Shown here: in pieces, positions 12,044-24,517 of the stretch
How positions within the stretch are numbered: position 1 is the first letter of the stretch
How the letters are laid out: every line of letters starts with the position of its first letter
Source of the DNA: Raillietiella orientalis
Taxonomy: Eukaryota
Reading direction: 5' to 3'
DNA length: 64,000 nt
NCBI GenBank assembly: GCA_036172245.1
Contig: JAYWIR010000005.1
Location: 3,286,001 to 3,350,000, forward strand
Notes under the pieces: generated by a model
Told to the model about the DNA's origin: nothing
What the model saw: only the letters and a program-made list of their open reading frames with translations
The model's database searches: none
Made by a program: the position numbers and the translations under genes

Positions 12044-12215
12044 GCAGCCGCTGCGCTTTCCCGTCTTCTTTCCTGGAGAGCTTTCTGGAAACGGAAATAC
12101 CGACCGCTTTGGGCAGTCGGTATTCTAGCTCCCGCAGCTTCCCTTCCACGAAGGAGGAAGGGAGGAAAAGGAGGAAGAAGAAGGGTGGAGGAAGGAAGGA
12201 AGGAGGAGGAGGAGA
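12044..12215 (-). repeat. Copy B of the inverted repeat pair
   Basis: Reverse complement reads CCTTCCTCCTTCGTGGAAGGGAAGCTGCGGGAGCTAGAATACCG...TTTCCAGAAAGCTCTCCAGGAAAGAAGACGGGAAAGCGCAGCGGCTGC, with an outer GA-rich tract. Confidence 0.85.
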
Positions 12216-14649
12216 ATAGCGAAGGGAAAAAAAATGCCGAGAGCACCTGGCTGACGGCGTGACCTGGCTGACGCGGGCGGAGACGAATCAGGTGCTGACG
12301 CACCCCCCCATCCCGGTGACCTCCTCTCCCTGCCCTCTGCTCGCCGGTCCCTTACCGCGCACGACCCGCGACTCGGATCCGAGGCGTTGGACGACCCGGA
12401 ATCCCAATGCTGCAGGGAGGAGCGGGGCTCACGAAGGAGAGGGGGGGCCAACAGGAGGCCTCGCTGGGGGAGGGCTAGTAGGTCCATGGCTCTCGCTGCT
12501 CCTCTGCTCCGAGGCCACGGGCGCGCCATCACGCGCGCTCCGCCAAGGTCTCCGCCTTTTCGTTTGCGCGCACGCACCTGCGGTGCGAACGTCTGGAAGT
12601 GCACGCGGCCGGGCGTGGTGTACGACAGCGCGCACAACGTACCGTGCGCACACGCTCGCTCCTCGCTCTCTCCTCGCCGCAAGGGACGCGGCAGAGGCAT
12701 TGCGCTTCGCGTCCCTTCGCGCGCGAATGAAGACGAAAGGCACGCGCGTCTTCCAGACAGAGCGGCGCGCGGAGCGAAAGAGGGAGGAGGGAGAGGAGAC
12801 GAAACGTCATCCGCGGGAAAATCTCCATCATTTGAGAGGCAGGGCCAGCATCCGTTCCGACGCCTCTCGAGCGTGTCCCGACCGCCGGCTGCCCCGTTTT
12901 TCCCATCCCTGAGCTTCAAATGACCCCTAATCAGGACCCGATTGGAAGGCTCGCGGTCAGCTTCGCCCGGGGGGCCCGATCAAGACTCCCTCGGCAACCC
13001 GAAGCGAAAAGGCGGCGCGGTTCTCAGGGGACCCTTACGCTCACGGAGGTTCGGACGTAAACTCGCGGAGTCGTGGGACGAGATACGTGGTCCACTCTTC
13101 TCCGTACCTTTTCCATGGTAACAACAGTCCTCGCGGAGCAAGATAGCAATCACTTTGCTTTATTGTGACGTCCACATAGAGGCTTTCCACGGCAATCAAA
13201 CTGGACCATCGGAGGTGATGGAAAACGCAATCGAAGATCGGGTGGAAATTGGTAAACACGTCAGAGTGATGGCAGAGGCCGCGCGCTTCGGGGAAAGAAA
13301 GCAAAATACACACAAAAAAGGAAAAAGATGATGGGGGAGGGGGGGGGGGCAAAAATTCTCGGCTTTTCGATTTCGGAGAGTCTTGGTTCACTGGTTGAAA
13401 AGGGAGGAACCGCGAGGAGCAAAGCGAGCCAACATCCTGAAGCGCACAACAAGCGCGTAACCCATAACAAGTGGAATCAGAGCGCGGTGGTTTGCGTGCT
13501 TGACGCGAAGGAGGGAAAAAACTCTCGCTCTCTTCGACCACCACCTTCGCTTTAATTTTATTTTTTGTTTATGTTTTGCTTTGTTTTGTTTCAAACAGAC
13601 GTTCCTCTCGAGACCCTGCCTGTTCAGAGAACACAGCAGCCCATGCCCTAAACAATTCTTGCAGAAGGAGCAGCGAAAAAGTCTCTGCAGCTTCTCGCAT
13701 GATGGCGAATGAGCAAGCGGTCCGCGGTTCGATTCCTCCTAGACTCTAGATAACCAGGTCGGAATACCAGGTGGCCACACCATCAGTGCGATTGGGAGCG
13801 ATGAGGGAGAAGGAGGGAGGCTCCTCCATCCCGCCACGACGTTCTCTCAAAGACGGACTTCTCTATGAGACTCCCAGGCAAGACACTTCCCCGTTCGAAA
13901 TCCCCTGCTATCTCCCGGCAATCTGGAGCCTCTCTTGAGCACAAGCCAAATTTCCTGCTCGCGTAAGTCGGATATCTTTCGGAATCTCTCAGTTCCTCTG
14001 GCTGCTCCCAGAGGTCCTTCTCCCTTGACGAACCTTTGCGGTGCGAGTGGGGCACCAAACCAAACCGCCCTTATTGTCTGTCGCGCCAGCCGGAGGATCA
14101 ATTGCACCTTCCAGGAGACCGATAAGCCTTCCGAGCCGGATGTCGGAAGCGAGACGGCGTCCCGTAACCGGACTTAAGGAGCGGATCCGGACATACGACG
14201 GAATCCACGGCAACGGAAGGAAGGATCGTGGCTCGATGGCGAACGCACACAGCATGCACCGATCGGCGACCCAAATCCCACGAGGACAGAAAGTGCTCTG
14301 TCCTCAAGAGGTGGGTGAGATGGTGGGTGGTTTGCGACGAAGCAACGGGTCGAGCGTCAGCGCCCGGAAGGGTGGAGGGAAGTCTCTCCTCCTTTCAAGG
14401 AAAAGAAGAAAAAAAATCAAGGGGTGCAGCTGGTACCGAACTCCAACGAAAAGAAACTGCATCGTGTGGTAAACCCTCCGGCAATCCTCGGAAACGCTGC
14501 CCTTCGTCCGCTCCCATTGCTCCTTGGTCCCATTTTTTAAAGACTTCTCGTTTGCCGTGCCACGTCTTTTCACCTCGGTTCCCCTGATCATCGTGATCCC
14601 TATTGTCCCGGTTCCTGGCCGCCATCCCTGGAGCTGCTTTCACTCTGGT

Positions 14650-15950
14650 GGCGACCCTGGCGATGGGAGTCGTGTGTCTTCCAATAACGCATGTTCAAAC
14701 TTGGAAGGTGTCGTGTCCGGGCTCCCGAAGCATTCCTCGGTATCTCTCCCGATCGGCTCCCTAGTTCGCGCCCGAGAAGCTCCTTGTCTCCAAGCACTCC
14801 GAAGTCCTCCAGTTCGTCCTAACCCCCACCCTTCTTTGTCTGCTCGTCCCCGTGCTTGCTACGGCGGCTACTCGAACTGCCGGTCCCCGCGAGCGACGGT
14901 GCGGCTCTCGCGGTAGCTCGAGACGGGAGTCACCTGCCCCACTTCTGGGTGCTGTCACTGCATCGTCGACTCGTCCCCCTTCTTGCTATCGAGCCTTTGT
15001 CTCCGCAGCTGGATTCAGCTCCCGGAGAGCGTTCTCCTCAGAGGGTGCCTCAGTTCTTCACGGATCCCTACGGGAACGCCCTTCCACCGCTACCGCGCAC
15101 CTGCCTCAAATCTGCTTGGAACGGGTTCTCCCAGCCGCCGGCTCAGCTTCGGATAACTGCAGGGGAGCTGGAGCACTCCAGACGCCTTGCGTCGGAAAGG
15201 AGCAGGCTCGTTTTACCGGAAGGTACGGCCAGAAGGGACTCTCCTCCATCTTCTCCTTTCATCTTCCACGAGGGGTCTTCTCACGAAGGATTCCCTCACC
15301 CCGGCCGGTGGCCCAGCCCGTGTCCCTAGCAGAGTCCCCTGGAATGGCGCGCGTGAGAGCGCCCCATCTCTCACTGCCTGGGGATCACTTGCTCTTTTGA
15401 TGCTTCCTCGGGTTAGAGGCTGCCTACGAACCTAGGGGCCCTACTACGATCTCCCTGGTGGACTCAGGCGCTCCGCCGTTGGCAAAATGGGGAGCTATCT
15501 TTCTTTGCCTCGCGTCCTCAGGCGCCCAGTCGGAAGATTCTCAGATCTCCGGATAGAAATCGAATGCAGCCTCTCCTCGGTGGTCTCAGAGAGGCACGGG
15601 CGTTCTCTGGAAGCGAGCACCGTGGAAACCGTCTCTTGGAGGTGCCCCTTCCTCCTTTCAACTCCACTGCAGGCGCTCCTCACGTCGATCCCACGCTCTT
15701 TGGCCACCCGCTGTACGGACCGTGGCGACTATCCTTCCAGCCCCCGCATCGTTTCCTCGAACGGCTGGAGCACCAGCGCGTGCGCTTCCTCCTCTCTCGA
15801 CCGAGTCTTCGCTGAGCTTCGTCCGCGTCTCTTGCAGCCGTCTTCCCGTCCGTTCCGGAAGAAGCCGGCGGTGGTGCCCCTCCGTAGGGGAGATGAACTC
15901 TGCTCATCGCTGCGCGACTGAGGATCCTGCAGGCCGTGGAGGAGAGCCTC
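14650..15950 (+). mobile_element. Decayed L1/Tx1-like LINE RT fragment
   Basis: APEAFLGIS (AEKAFDRV-like), RGSSRRESPAPLL and PLLAIEPL (RQGCPLSPLLFxLAIEPL-like), FFTDP, and ALRRWQNGELSF in collinear order. Confidence 0.55.
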
Positions 15951-17244
15951 TGGAGCCAGAGACGTGCTCGCACCCGGTCCTCTTCCCCCAACTCCTTATG
16001 CGAACCCCGTGCCTCCCTTAGCCCGCTTCAGAAGATGCCTCTCCCTCTCGGGTTTTCCGCATCGCGGACCTTCTCTGACGATCGCGAGCACTGTGCACGA
16101 ATCCGAGCATGTTCGGAAGGCGGCGGAGGCTGCGTCTGCATCTTCCTCACTTCGTGAGACATGCGCTACGACGAGACTCGACACGTCGATGAGAAAAACG
16201 TGAAGGCGAGGCACCCTCGGCGAGTTTCTCGGCGCTCAGCCCGTACGGAAGAACGCGCCAAGAGCTCGCGTGTTGGGGGTCGAGTCTCACGATCGGAGTG
16301 GGCGTAAATGAATGAACGCAAGCGCACGCGCGCGTGCGCGAAAGCGCAGCGCACAGAATGCGGAGGCGCGAGGGGGATCTCTCAGTGCTTCGAGCAAGGA
16401 AGAAAGCGGAGTCACCTGGAAACACGCGACAAGCTGTGTCCCTGCTCTCCCCGTCGCTTTACCCCCTTTTCTTCCTTTCCTCCCTTTTTTTTTCTCCTTA
16501 TCTTTGCGCGCGGGCATTCGAAGCCGACTGCGAGCTCCGGCGCCAACGTCCTCTGCCGAATCAGAGGCGCGACACGCAGACGGCACCGCATGACTTCACT
16601 GAACCTCAAGAAAGCTTGCCTCTCCGAAGATCGCACGGTTCTCCAGCAGGAAATCGCCGAGTCCGCCAGAAGGCTGGAGCAGCGGAGGGCACTTCCCGCT
16701 CCGGACTTTTCCAGTGACCGACCTGTGTATCGGCGCGGTCCCTCCAACTTGCTTTTTGCCAACTCGGCTTCCAATTTATTTGTACACACTCACGAACATT
16801 TTTCCCCCCGTCCCGCCCCACCCCTTTGTCCTTTAAAGGAGAGGGGGAAATAAAGGCGCCCTCGCGTGACCCCGGGTGGAAAGGCAACAGGGACTTTTTT
16901 CGACACCCTGTCTCAGACCTCGTTTTCTCGCTGCGAGCGTGGCTCCATTCCCACCGTGATGTTCCAGGAACCGCTAACCGTTCGCTCTCTCCCTTCAGCG
17001 TGTCCTGCATGCCCTCGTGCGCGGTGATGGTGTTCGTGCTGGCAGGCACGCTCGGTGTCCACGTGTGTGCGAGCAGAGCTCCGCATGACGCTGCGGGTTT
17101 CACGCTCGCAGGCGAGGCGGACGGCAGCAGCGGGTGTCGCGCGCGCTCCCTTTCGAAACCGTGCGCTCCGCTTAAGCTGCGAGGGCGCAGCGCGCGCGCG
17201 ACGCTTTCTGACTCGAGGGATTTCCGGCCCGAGGCCAGCTGTGG

Positions 17245-18320
17245 CAACGGTGCTGCGAGGACCCCTCCCCTGTAGGGAGCCGCCGCAGCTGACACCGCCG
17301 CACCATCCGCAAGACTCGGCACCATTCCCTGGACGCCTCCTCTCCCAGTCCCGCAGAGCGCTCCTTCGGAGTAAGGACCGTCTCCAGGCAGCAGGGCTTC
17401 GCATGGCGACACGTGCGCCCATCCCGCACGAGTCGCCCGGGGCTTTGCACCTGTGTTGGAAACCAAGGCGCCATTTCCGCCACCTTCGATTTCGCCCTGC
17501 GAGGCCGGAGGCACCTCGCAGGCGGCCGGGTTGCGGCGCGTGGAACCGTCAAGGCGCCCGGGAAGCAAGCCTCTCGGTACGACCGGGTGCCAGCGCGGAA
17601 CGAAGCGCCAAAGAAGGGGAAGAGGAGCGCGTGGAGGCCGGGGGAAGGGGGCGCGCTGCGACCATGGAGGAAGGGGGGAGCAGCGCGCATCTGTAGTCGA
17701 TCGTCTGCCCGCTGCAGGGAGCGGAGACACTCGCTGTCGGGACGTCCTCCAAAGACCGGGATCTGGAAGGCTGGTCACCTTGCCGCGCGCCAACTTCGCC
17801 CGGCAACTCAACCGGCCGGGTGGTTGGTGCGAGGGGTCGGCCTCGTCAAATAGCTTGACTCTTCTTTTTCCCTGGATCCTGCGGGATCGGGAAGAGGCAA
17901 CCCCGAACTCAGGGAACGCGGTTTCCGCGAGCCGCGGGTGCCGGTCGAGGGAAAGCGCAGGGAAGGATCGAAAGACGTCACGGGCGTCTGTGCACATCCC
18001 CACGGCAGATGGCCACAAGCACGGCAACTCCTGGTCTCCGCACCGTCGCCTCCCGGGCTTCGGTAGAGAGAAATGGCTGGGTGCTCCCCTCCCCCTCGCT
18101 CGGTTTCCAGGTTCTTCCCGGTTCGGGAACTTCGCGGGGACGTCGTCGTGGTCCGAAGAAGTCGAAGCCCGTGCGCGCGCAAAGGGAACCTGCGGGCACT
18201 CTCGCAAGAAGGAAGGGGCACGCTGTTGTCCGTCCGTCCCTTCCCGAGTCCGCCGTCCGAAAGAGCTGATCAGCCTCCGCGTCGGCTGGACCTGGAACGG
18301 GGGGGCGTTTCCAGTCGAGG
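17245..18320 (-). mobile_element. Decayed Tx1-like LINE 3' portion (related copy at 40957-42080)
   Basis: Remnants PTRRLISSFG...CPQVP, LWRTSRQRVSPL...TDARCSP, SYREACFPG, KVAEMAPW and CRHAK...GLGEEASREW; clear nucleotide similarity to the 41-kb copy. Confidence 0.65.
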
Positions 18321-18619
18321 CAACGCAGGAAACAGAAAAAAAAAAAAAGTCTCCCAACGACATCACCTCTCGGCTTCGCGGGCGCTGCGGAGGCGCGCGC
18401 GCGCCGGGTCAGATTAGACCTCTCCTTCTAATCCGCTTTGGAATTTTCTTGAGCTCGAGATGGCCGGCAACGTACACGTAGGAGGCAGAAGAAAGGAGAA
18501 GGTAGAAAAAAAAAAAAAAAAAAGGCGGCCATGTCTAGTAGGTTTACTGTTGATGGGGATTATAGGTCCATAAATCAGTTGCAGCGCCGCCTCGCTAATC
18601 TGTAATTATGCGGGAATGC

Positions 18620-19200
18620 TGTTTCCCTATCGCATCAGGCGCCTCTCTCCTTCGGGAACCCACTTCGCGGAAGGCAGTGCGGAAACGCAGCGCGATCTGG
18701 GGGGACCATGCGTGGTGCCAGCGGGCGGAGCGGGTGCTCTCGGCCGGTGTCGAGGAACTCCCGACCCGAAGAAGAGTCACGGTCGACCTGCCTGCTGCTG
18801 CTGCTGGAATCGAACGGCGAACCGTCCAGCAGGATGGCGGAGGAGCACACGAGATGTCGTCGGGGGAGGAGGAGGAGGGAATGCATACCAGTGTCGCAAA
18901 CGCGCCACGCCCTCGGATTGCGGACGTCACGCACGCGGGTGGGCGAGTACTGGGGAAAACCGGGCCCTGCCATGGTCACCGCCGGACGCCTCCGGTCCGT
19001 CCCCAGCCTTTCCTCTCGCGGCCACGCCACCCGCGCGAGTGGGCAACGGGAAAGCGCGCCCGCGGCGATCCCTTCCGGCGGCGATGCTCTTCCCGAAACC
19101 GCCACGATCTGGGAGACCTGCTCAGGGAGAGCTCCCGGAAACAGGTGCGTGCGACACGGAGACGAAACCTGGAATGCCTCTCCTGACCGGAAGGGCAGGG
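18620..19200 (+). mobile_element. Decayed LINE apurinic-like endonuclease fragment
   Basis: SLLREPT/GTH (LQETH-like), IWGDHAW, LSAGVEEL (SAGVAIL-like), GNAY (NVYAP-like) and DLGDLLRE in order. Confidence 0.45.
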
Positions 19201-19829
19201 AAAAGCCATTAAAAACAGATCACCGGGTGCGGAGGTGAGTCTGATCTCACGGGCCTCTCGGAGAGGTCGAGAAGCGTGCAGCCCACACACCCGGTCAGCA
19301 GGGTCACTTCCCATCCTCTCTGCAGATTCGCCTTTCGACACATATTTCTTCTTCGTCGTCGTCCCGGTCACTTGGGCATTCTCTCTCTAGCAGTTGCCCT
19401 TCCCTCTGAGCGGCGAGAAGCTGCTAGGACGACGGCTGCGCCGTCTTCCAGGAGGGCTCGGTCGCATCTCCGGAGGAGAGTTCTTCGTTACGGCAAGAAG
19501 CACGCGACGACGGGCTGTTTGGGGGGTAGGGGCTTTCCTATTTTATTTATTATTTACTGGTGGGGACCCTCCGTTCCCCGCGGTCTGCTGCCGTGGGAGA
19601 GACGACGGCACGCTGTGGTCCTGCGCATCCGTCGGCGCAGACCAGTCCACCAGAAAGAAAAGTAGCTGCCTCTTCCGGAAGGGCGGCCGTCCGGCGCGCC
19701 AAGCGAGTCATTGCGCCTTCTGCGCGCCCCTCTTCCCCACCCCTCCCTCCCCCACCCGCCGCCCTCCGGCGAACGGAATCTTTACGTTTCGGTACTGGCG
19801 CAGAATCTTGTCAGTCCCTGGGGCGGGAG

Positions 19830-21260
19830 ACGTGCCGCGATGCAGAGGTGCCTTGAGACGAGAACTCGTGGTGGATGCGGGAACCTCTCGGACTCCGCGT
19901 GCGGAGGAGGGGGGGGGGATTCGAAATCGCGCGCTTCGGCAGCTGCAGCCTCAGCACTACATGCAAAGCAACCGCGGGATGTTCATTCCCAGGACAGTCC
20001 GTTCCACGCGCTGGACTTTGGAGAGGAAGATCGTGGTGTCGGAACGTCGAGGCGAAGCATCCGCGCGCACTCTCTCCTGTGGGTTCCTCAGGCCACCTTC
20101 TCATCTCTTCGCGTAAGGAATCGCCGCCACTGGCAGCACCCACCTCCCATTGACGTGATCGCATTCGAAGCGCGCTGGCTGCGAACGCCGGACGCCCCAC
20201 TTTTCGCCTCCCTAGCGACCTTCCAACCCTTGGGGAAAGAGTCTCCGCTTCCAGGTGACTCCAGACGATGGCTACCCGCTCACACGGCTTGCGAGGATCC
20301 GAGCAGCCCCGTCGTGATCCTCTCTCTCTTAGCAATGCTGGACGTCGATCGAATCGACAAGAGGAGGTGAAGCACCGAGTGGCACTGCACGATTTCCCGA
20401 TGCCGCTCCACTGCCGTCTTTGCTAGCAGGGCATCACGGTGCCCGTCGCCACTGCCACCGGAAGCAACTGCTTTGGTCGAAGGGGGGTCGCCTCGGAGTG
20501 CGCGAGCGCGGGGCGGTGCAAGGTCGGAGGAAGCTCGCACGACTGCAGGCGCGCGAACGAGGATCGGGTGGCGCACGGGATGGCGCTCGCACTCCACCCG
20601 CGGGGGCAAGCGGAACTTGGCGCGAGGGCGATTCTTTCTAGCGGGTTCCCCCCCGCCGCTCGAGAGCGCCTCCTCGACCCTCGAACGTTGGAGGGACGGG
20701 GGAAATTCCTCCTCCGAATTCAGAGGGGCGCGGGAGTATGTGTGTGTGGGGGGAGGGAGTTGGATTACGGAGCGCAGCGGCGTCCCCATTCTGTAGCTGA
20801 CGCCAGGAGCATTCCTAAGATCTGAGGCCGCAGGCGCAGAGCATCGGCATCCTCCGCGAATGATCAGCTGGGGATGTTTATCAGATCTCCCCGGAGATTT
20901 TTAGGGTGGGCGTCTCGCTTGCAAATGTCAGCGGATCGCAACCCAGGCGGGCCATAAAACCCACCCCTTCGAAAGGGAGCACGGAGCGACGCACTCAAGA
21001 GGTGAAGACGAGTGCCGCCCCTCCCGCCGGATGAGGAGGGCGCTGCATCCGATCCGGCTGAGGCTTCGCACGCGGCGCCCCACCTCGGCAGTCGGTTCGC
21101 TGGCGACAGCGGTGGCATCCCCCCTCCCCTCCCTCACTCGGTCGAAGTCGGGATTAACGAGATTAGCAGCATCGGCTCGCTGCCTGACGCTTCCGCGGGT
21201 TTCTGTATCTCTTCGGAGATCTGCGCGTCCCAGAGGACCGGACAGGTTTCCTCGGCTCCC
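19830..21260 (-). mobile_element. Decayed Tx1-like LINE (RT remnant plus C-terminal remnant, internally deleted)
   Basis: GRADLRRDT...VRQRADAANLVNPDFDRV (RD...DACLISLD...FDR-like) at ~21260-21130; LRERG...VAIVWSHLEAETLSPR at ~20330-20230. Confidence 0.55.
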
Positions 21261-23049
21261 TTTCATTGGGTCCAGTGGGGTGCATTCCACCTCGGCAGCG
21301 GGCAGACGAGACCCATCCGGGTTCTCCTCCCCCCCTTTCCTCCTCCCGCGGCCGGCCTTCCGACGGTGAGGATGAGGGCGCGTTCTCGCGGAAGATTATT
21401 AGGAGCTTCTCGGCGCAGGGGTGGGGCGGGACTACTCCCGGAAGAGCGGCTGCTTCCGCTCACGATGGGAGCGGAGAGACGTGGCGAAGGGAGGCGCTCG
21501 GCAGATCTCGAGCGGTGCGTGAGGTGGGGAGAGGGGCTGTTCCCGGATTTCGTCGCGCGATCGACTCTGGGGTTTCGCAGCTCAATCTTTAATCCTACGC
21601 TGCCGTCGTCGTCCCGTTCCCCCCGATTCCATGTCGCCGCCACCGATGCTGCTCCCTCGTAGAAAGGGAAGATGGAGAGAAGTGAAAAAGAAATCACACG
21701 CACGCAACACGCGTGCGCGCGCACATACACAACACAAAAAAGGCACAACCGAAACGCCTGGTATGTATTTGAAGACGGTGGTAGATAATTACTGGAGGGG
21801 AGGGGAGGAGGGAAGCGGCCTGCTGTTGCGCGCTTCCACCACCGCACAGGCGCACGCGCAGCTTGGATCTCGACCGCCTGATCGCAGGGAGCAGAGAGCG
21901 GCCTGCGCGTTAATGAACTGCAACGGATCTTTGCGCGTCGAGGGCCCCTTTCTGCGCGAAATTCTAGAAAGCGCGACGACGACCACTTTGTTGTTTCCGA
22001 CAGTTACCCGAGCTCTCTCCGCCAGACAGCTTGTCATCGGCAGGGGGACGAGCCGCGCGCGCTCTTTCCCGCCGAAGGTGCGAAACTGACTCTGCGGATC
22101 CCCCGGGACAATGGGAGCCGGCGGCGGCGAACGCGGAGGAGGAAGTGGGGCGAAAGAGCCCCGGCCGGGCCCTCGCTCCGCTGCAGCCACGCTTCCTCCG
22201 CTCGCGTGAAGAACGCGCTCTTTCTTGCGGAGGGAGGGAGAGGGCGTGGGAGAAGGGAGCGCAGACCCACCGTACGCGCGTGCTCACGCGGGAATGAGCG
22301 CGATGGGGGAACGTGCTGGATCTCGAGCGAGTCGACGACCCCCCCCCCCTTCTCCGAGACCTCTGCAGAGGCTCGGCTTTTCCCTCGTCCCTGCTTCTGG
22401 AACGGCTCGCCGTTTCCTTCGAAGCGCAGAAGCTGCGCACGTTTCCCTCCGTGGCTCGACCCCCGCAGGTCCCGGGGTGCGCAGACCGAGTCCTGCGAGC
22501 CGCAAGCGCGCGGGGCGGTTTCTTGCCGCGTCCGTGCGCCGCGAGAGTCCCGCGAACTCTCGGCTCCCGGGGAACGACCGAAGAGGGCAGGGAAGAAACG
22601 AGCGAACGAGGAGACAACGGCGGCGGCGGTGGTGGGAGGCCACGCGCCTCCCAGCACTGTCTTCACGCCGACGAGTTGGAAAACCCCTTGCCACTGGCAA
22701 CTCTTTGTGCCGCTTCAGTTCAAGAGCCATCGCCCTCGGTTTCCACGTGGCTTGTCAGGTGACCTCCCGGAAAGCCACGTGGAATTCATTTCCGCGCGCG
22801 GCACCACCGAGAATCGGCGCCCGACTGAGGAACGAATCCGAGGGTAGGAGTAGGGGCTGCCATTTTGTCCCAGTGTCATTGATCTCTTTCGCTGATCCCA
22901 TCTCTTTCTGATCTCCGTGAAGGAGGGATGCCAGAAACAATTGGGGAGCTTCTAGGGAATCCCTCACTCTTGATCGCACCTGGTCCAAACAAGCCGGAGG
23001 AGCCGAGCTGCAATCCCCGAGAGAACTCGGAGAGGAATACCAATAAATA

Positions 23050-24447
23050 AGGGGAAAGGCAGCTGCTGCAGAAACGCGGTCGATACGGGGATCCATTGTG
23101 CGCGACTAGGGAATTCAAGGAATCCCTGGATGCAGGAAGGTTCTCTGATCGCCGCGACAAAGAGCGGATTATGAAGGAGGCGCTCGAGGAAGCGCCATCC
23201 CTCTCCGCCTCTGGTCGCGAAGAGCTCACCTGGGGGAAGAGGCGAGCGGTCGTCCTCTCGGTTTCCGACCGCTCGGTGCTCCGCGGGCTGCCGAGGCGAA
23301 TTCGCATCTCGGGATGGCTTCCGAGACGTTCCCGTCAGCACCACCAAGAGGAAGCGCGCGCCCGGTCTTCCTTTTTTTTTTTTCTCTCTCTCTGTCGCGG
23401 GATGGCGCCGGGGCTCGTTCGCGATGTCGGGAGGCAGCGAAGGACGAGGCTGCACGCGTCGACACTGGGATGGGCGGTGCCCACATACGCCGGAAGCGAC
23501 GACGCCCGAGAACTCCGCCGGTCTCGTTGGCACGCGCGCGCGCTTCAAAACTCCAGACTTAGCACGGATGGGTCCTCTACAGATTGCGGAGCGAGTCAGA
23601 GTCCCGCCTCGTTGGCCGAGGAGGAAGCGGCGAACGGTACCTTCCTCTTGCGCGAGGGGGGGATCGCAGAACCCTGACGTGCAAACAGGTAAGGAGTCTT
23701 CACAGTGCCGTTATCCGAAGACGTGCGGAGCAATTTGAAAACATGTCGGCAAATGATGATGTGTGGCGTGTTTTTTTCTCCTTTTCTTTCTTTTTTTTTT
23801 TTGGATCACAGGAGAACGATTGCTTGAAACAATGGGATCGCCTTAGGGATTCCTCTGGGAGATTTTCTTGGACGGAACGCACGCAAGGTGAGGCGAGCAA
23901 CGTATCCTCAGGGAAACGGGAGGCCTCCTCTGGATCCGAAACAGCGGAGCTCCTCCGCATCCCTGCCACTCTTTTTCGAAGGTGAATCTCCAGCGAGGAG
24001 GAAGCGACCGCCCGAACGGGGCAGACATTCCGACGTCGCCGCCTCTGATCTCCTCGATGCCACGGAAACGTGCATGCAGTGGACCTTTCCTTACAGCGCG
24101 GCGGGAAAGCGACGACAGTCCTGGTGCCATTCTGCCAATCGGTTCCGTGAGCCACTGTGGATGAATTCCTCATTAAACTGCGGCACAGCGCCAGCTCAGC
24201 TGTTTTCAAAAACACAGCACGAACACGTGATCTGAGTAGGTTGAACTCTCCAGTTCACTCAAATTTCCGGGAATACAATCTTCACTAAAGATACATTTAA
24301 TGTATTCTTTTATAAATACTATCATATGATCTACGTGTAACCCATAGGACCCGTAAAGCGCGGATTAATGTAACGCCGAATGCATCATCCCACGGGGTCT
24401 ATTGTAAACATATATATATAGAGAGAATAGATTCCAGTATTTTGCAC

Positions 24448-24517
<70 letters not shown>

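Noticed and set aside
16606..18366. 586-aa minus-strand ORF
   Set aside because: Contains only patches of decayed LINE ORF2 in shifting frames; the rest is Arg/Pro/Gly-rich read-through expected at high GC. Not a credible protein.
19932..19943. 12-nt match to the U6 snRNA 5' stem (CGCTTCGGCAGC)
   Set aside because: No further U6 similarity; expected by chance in GC-rich sequence.
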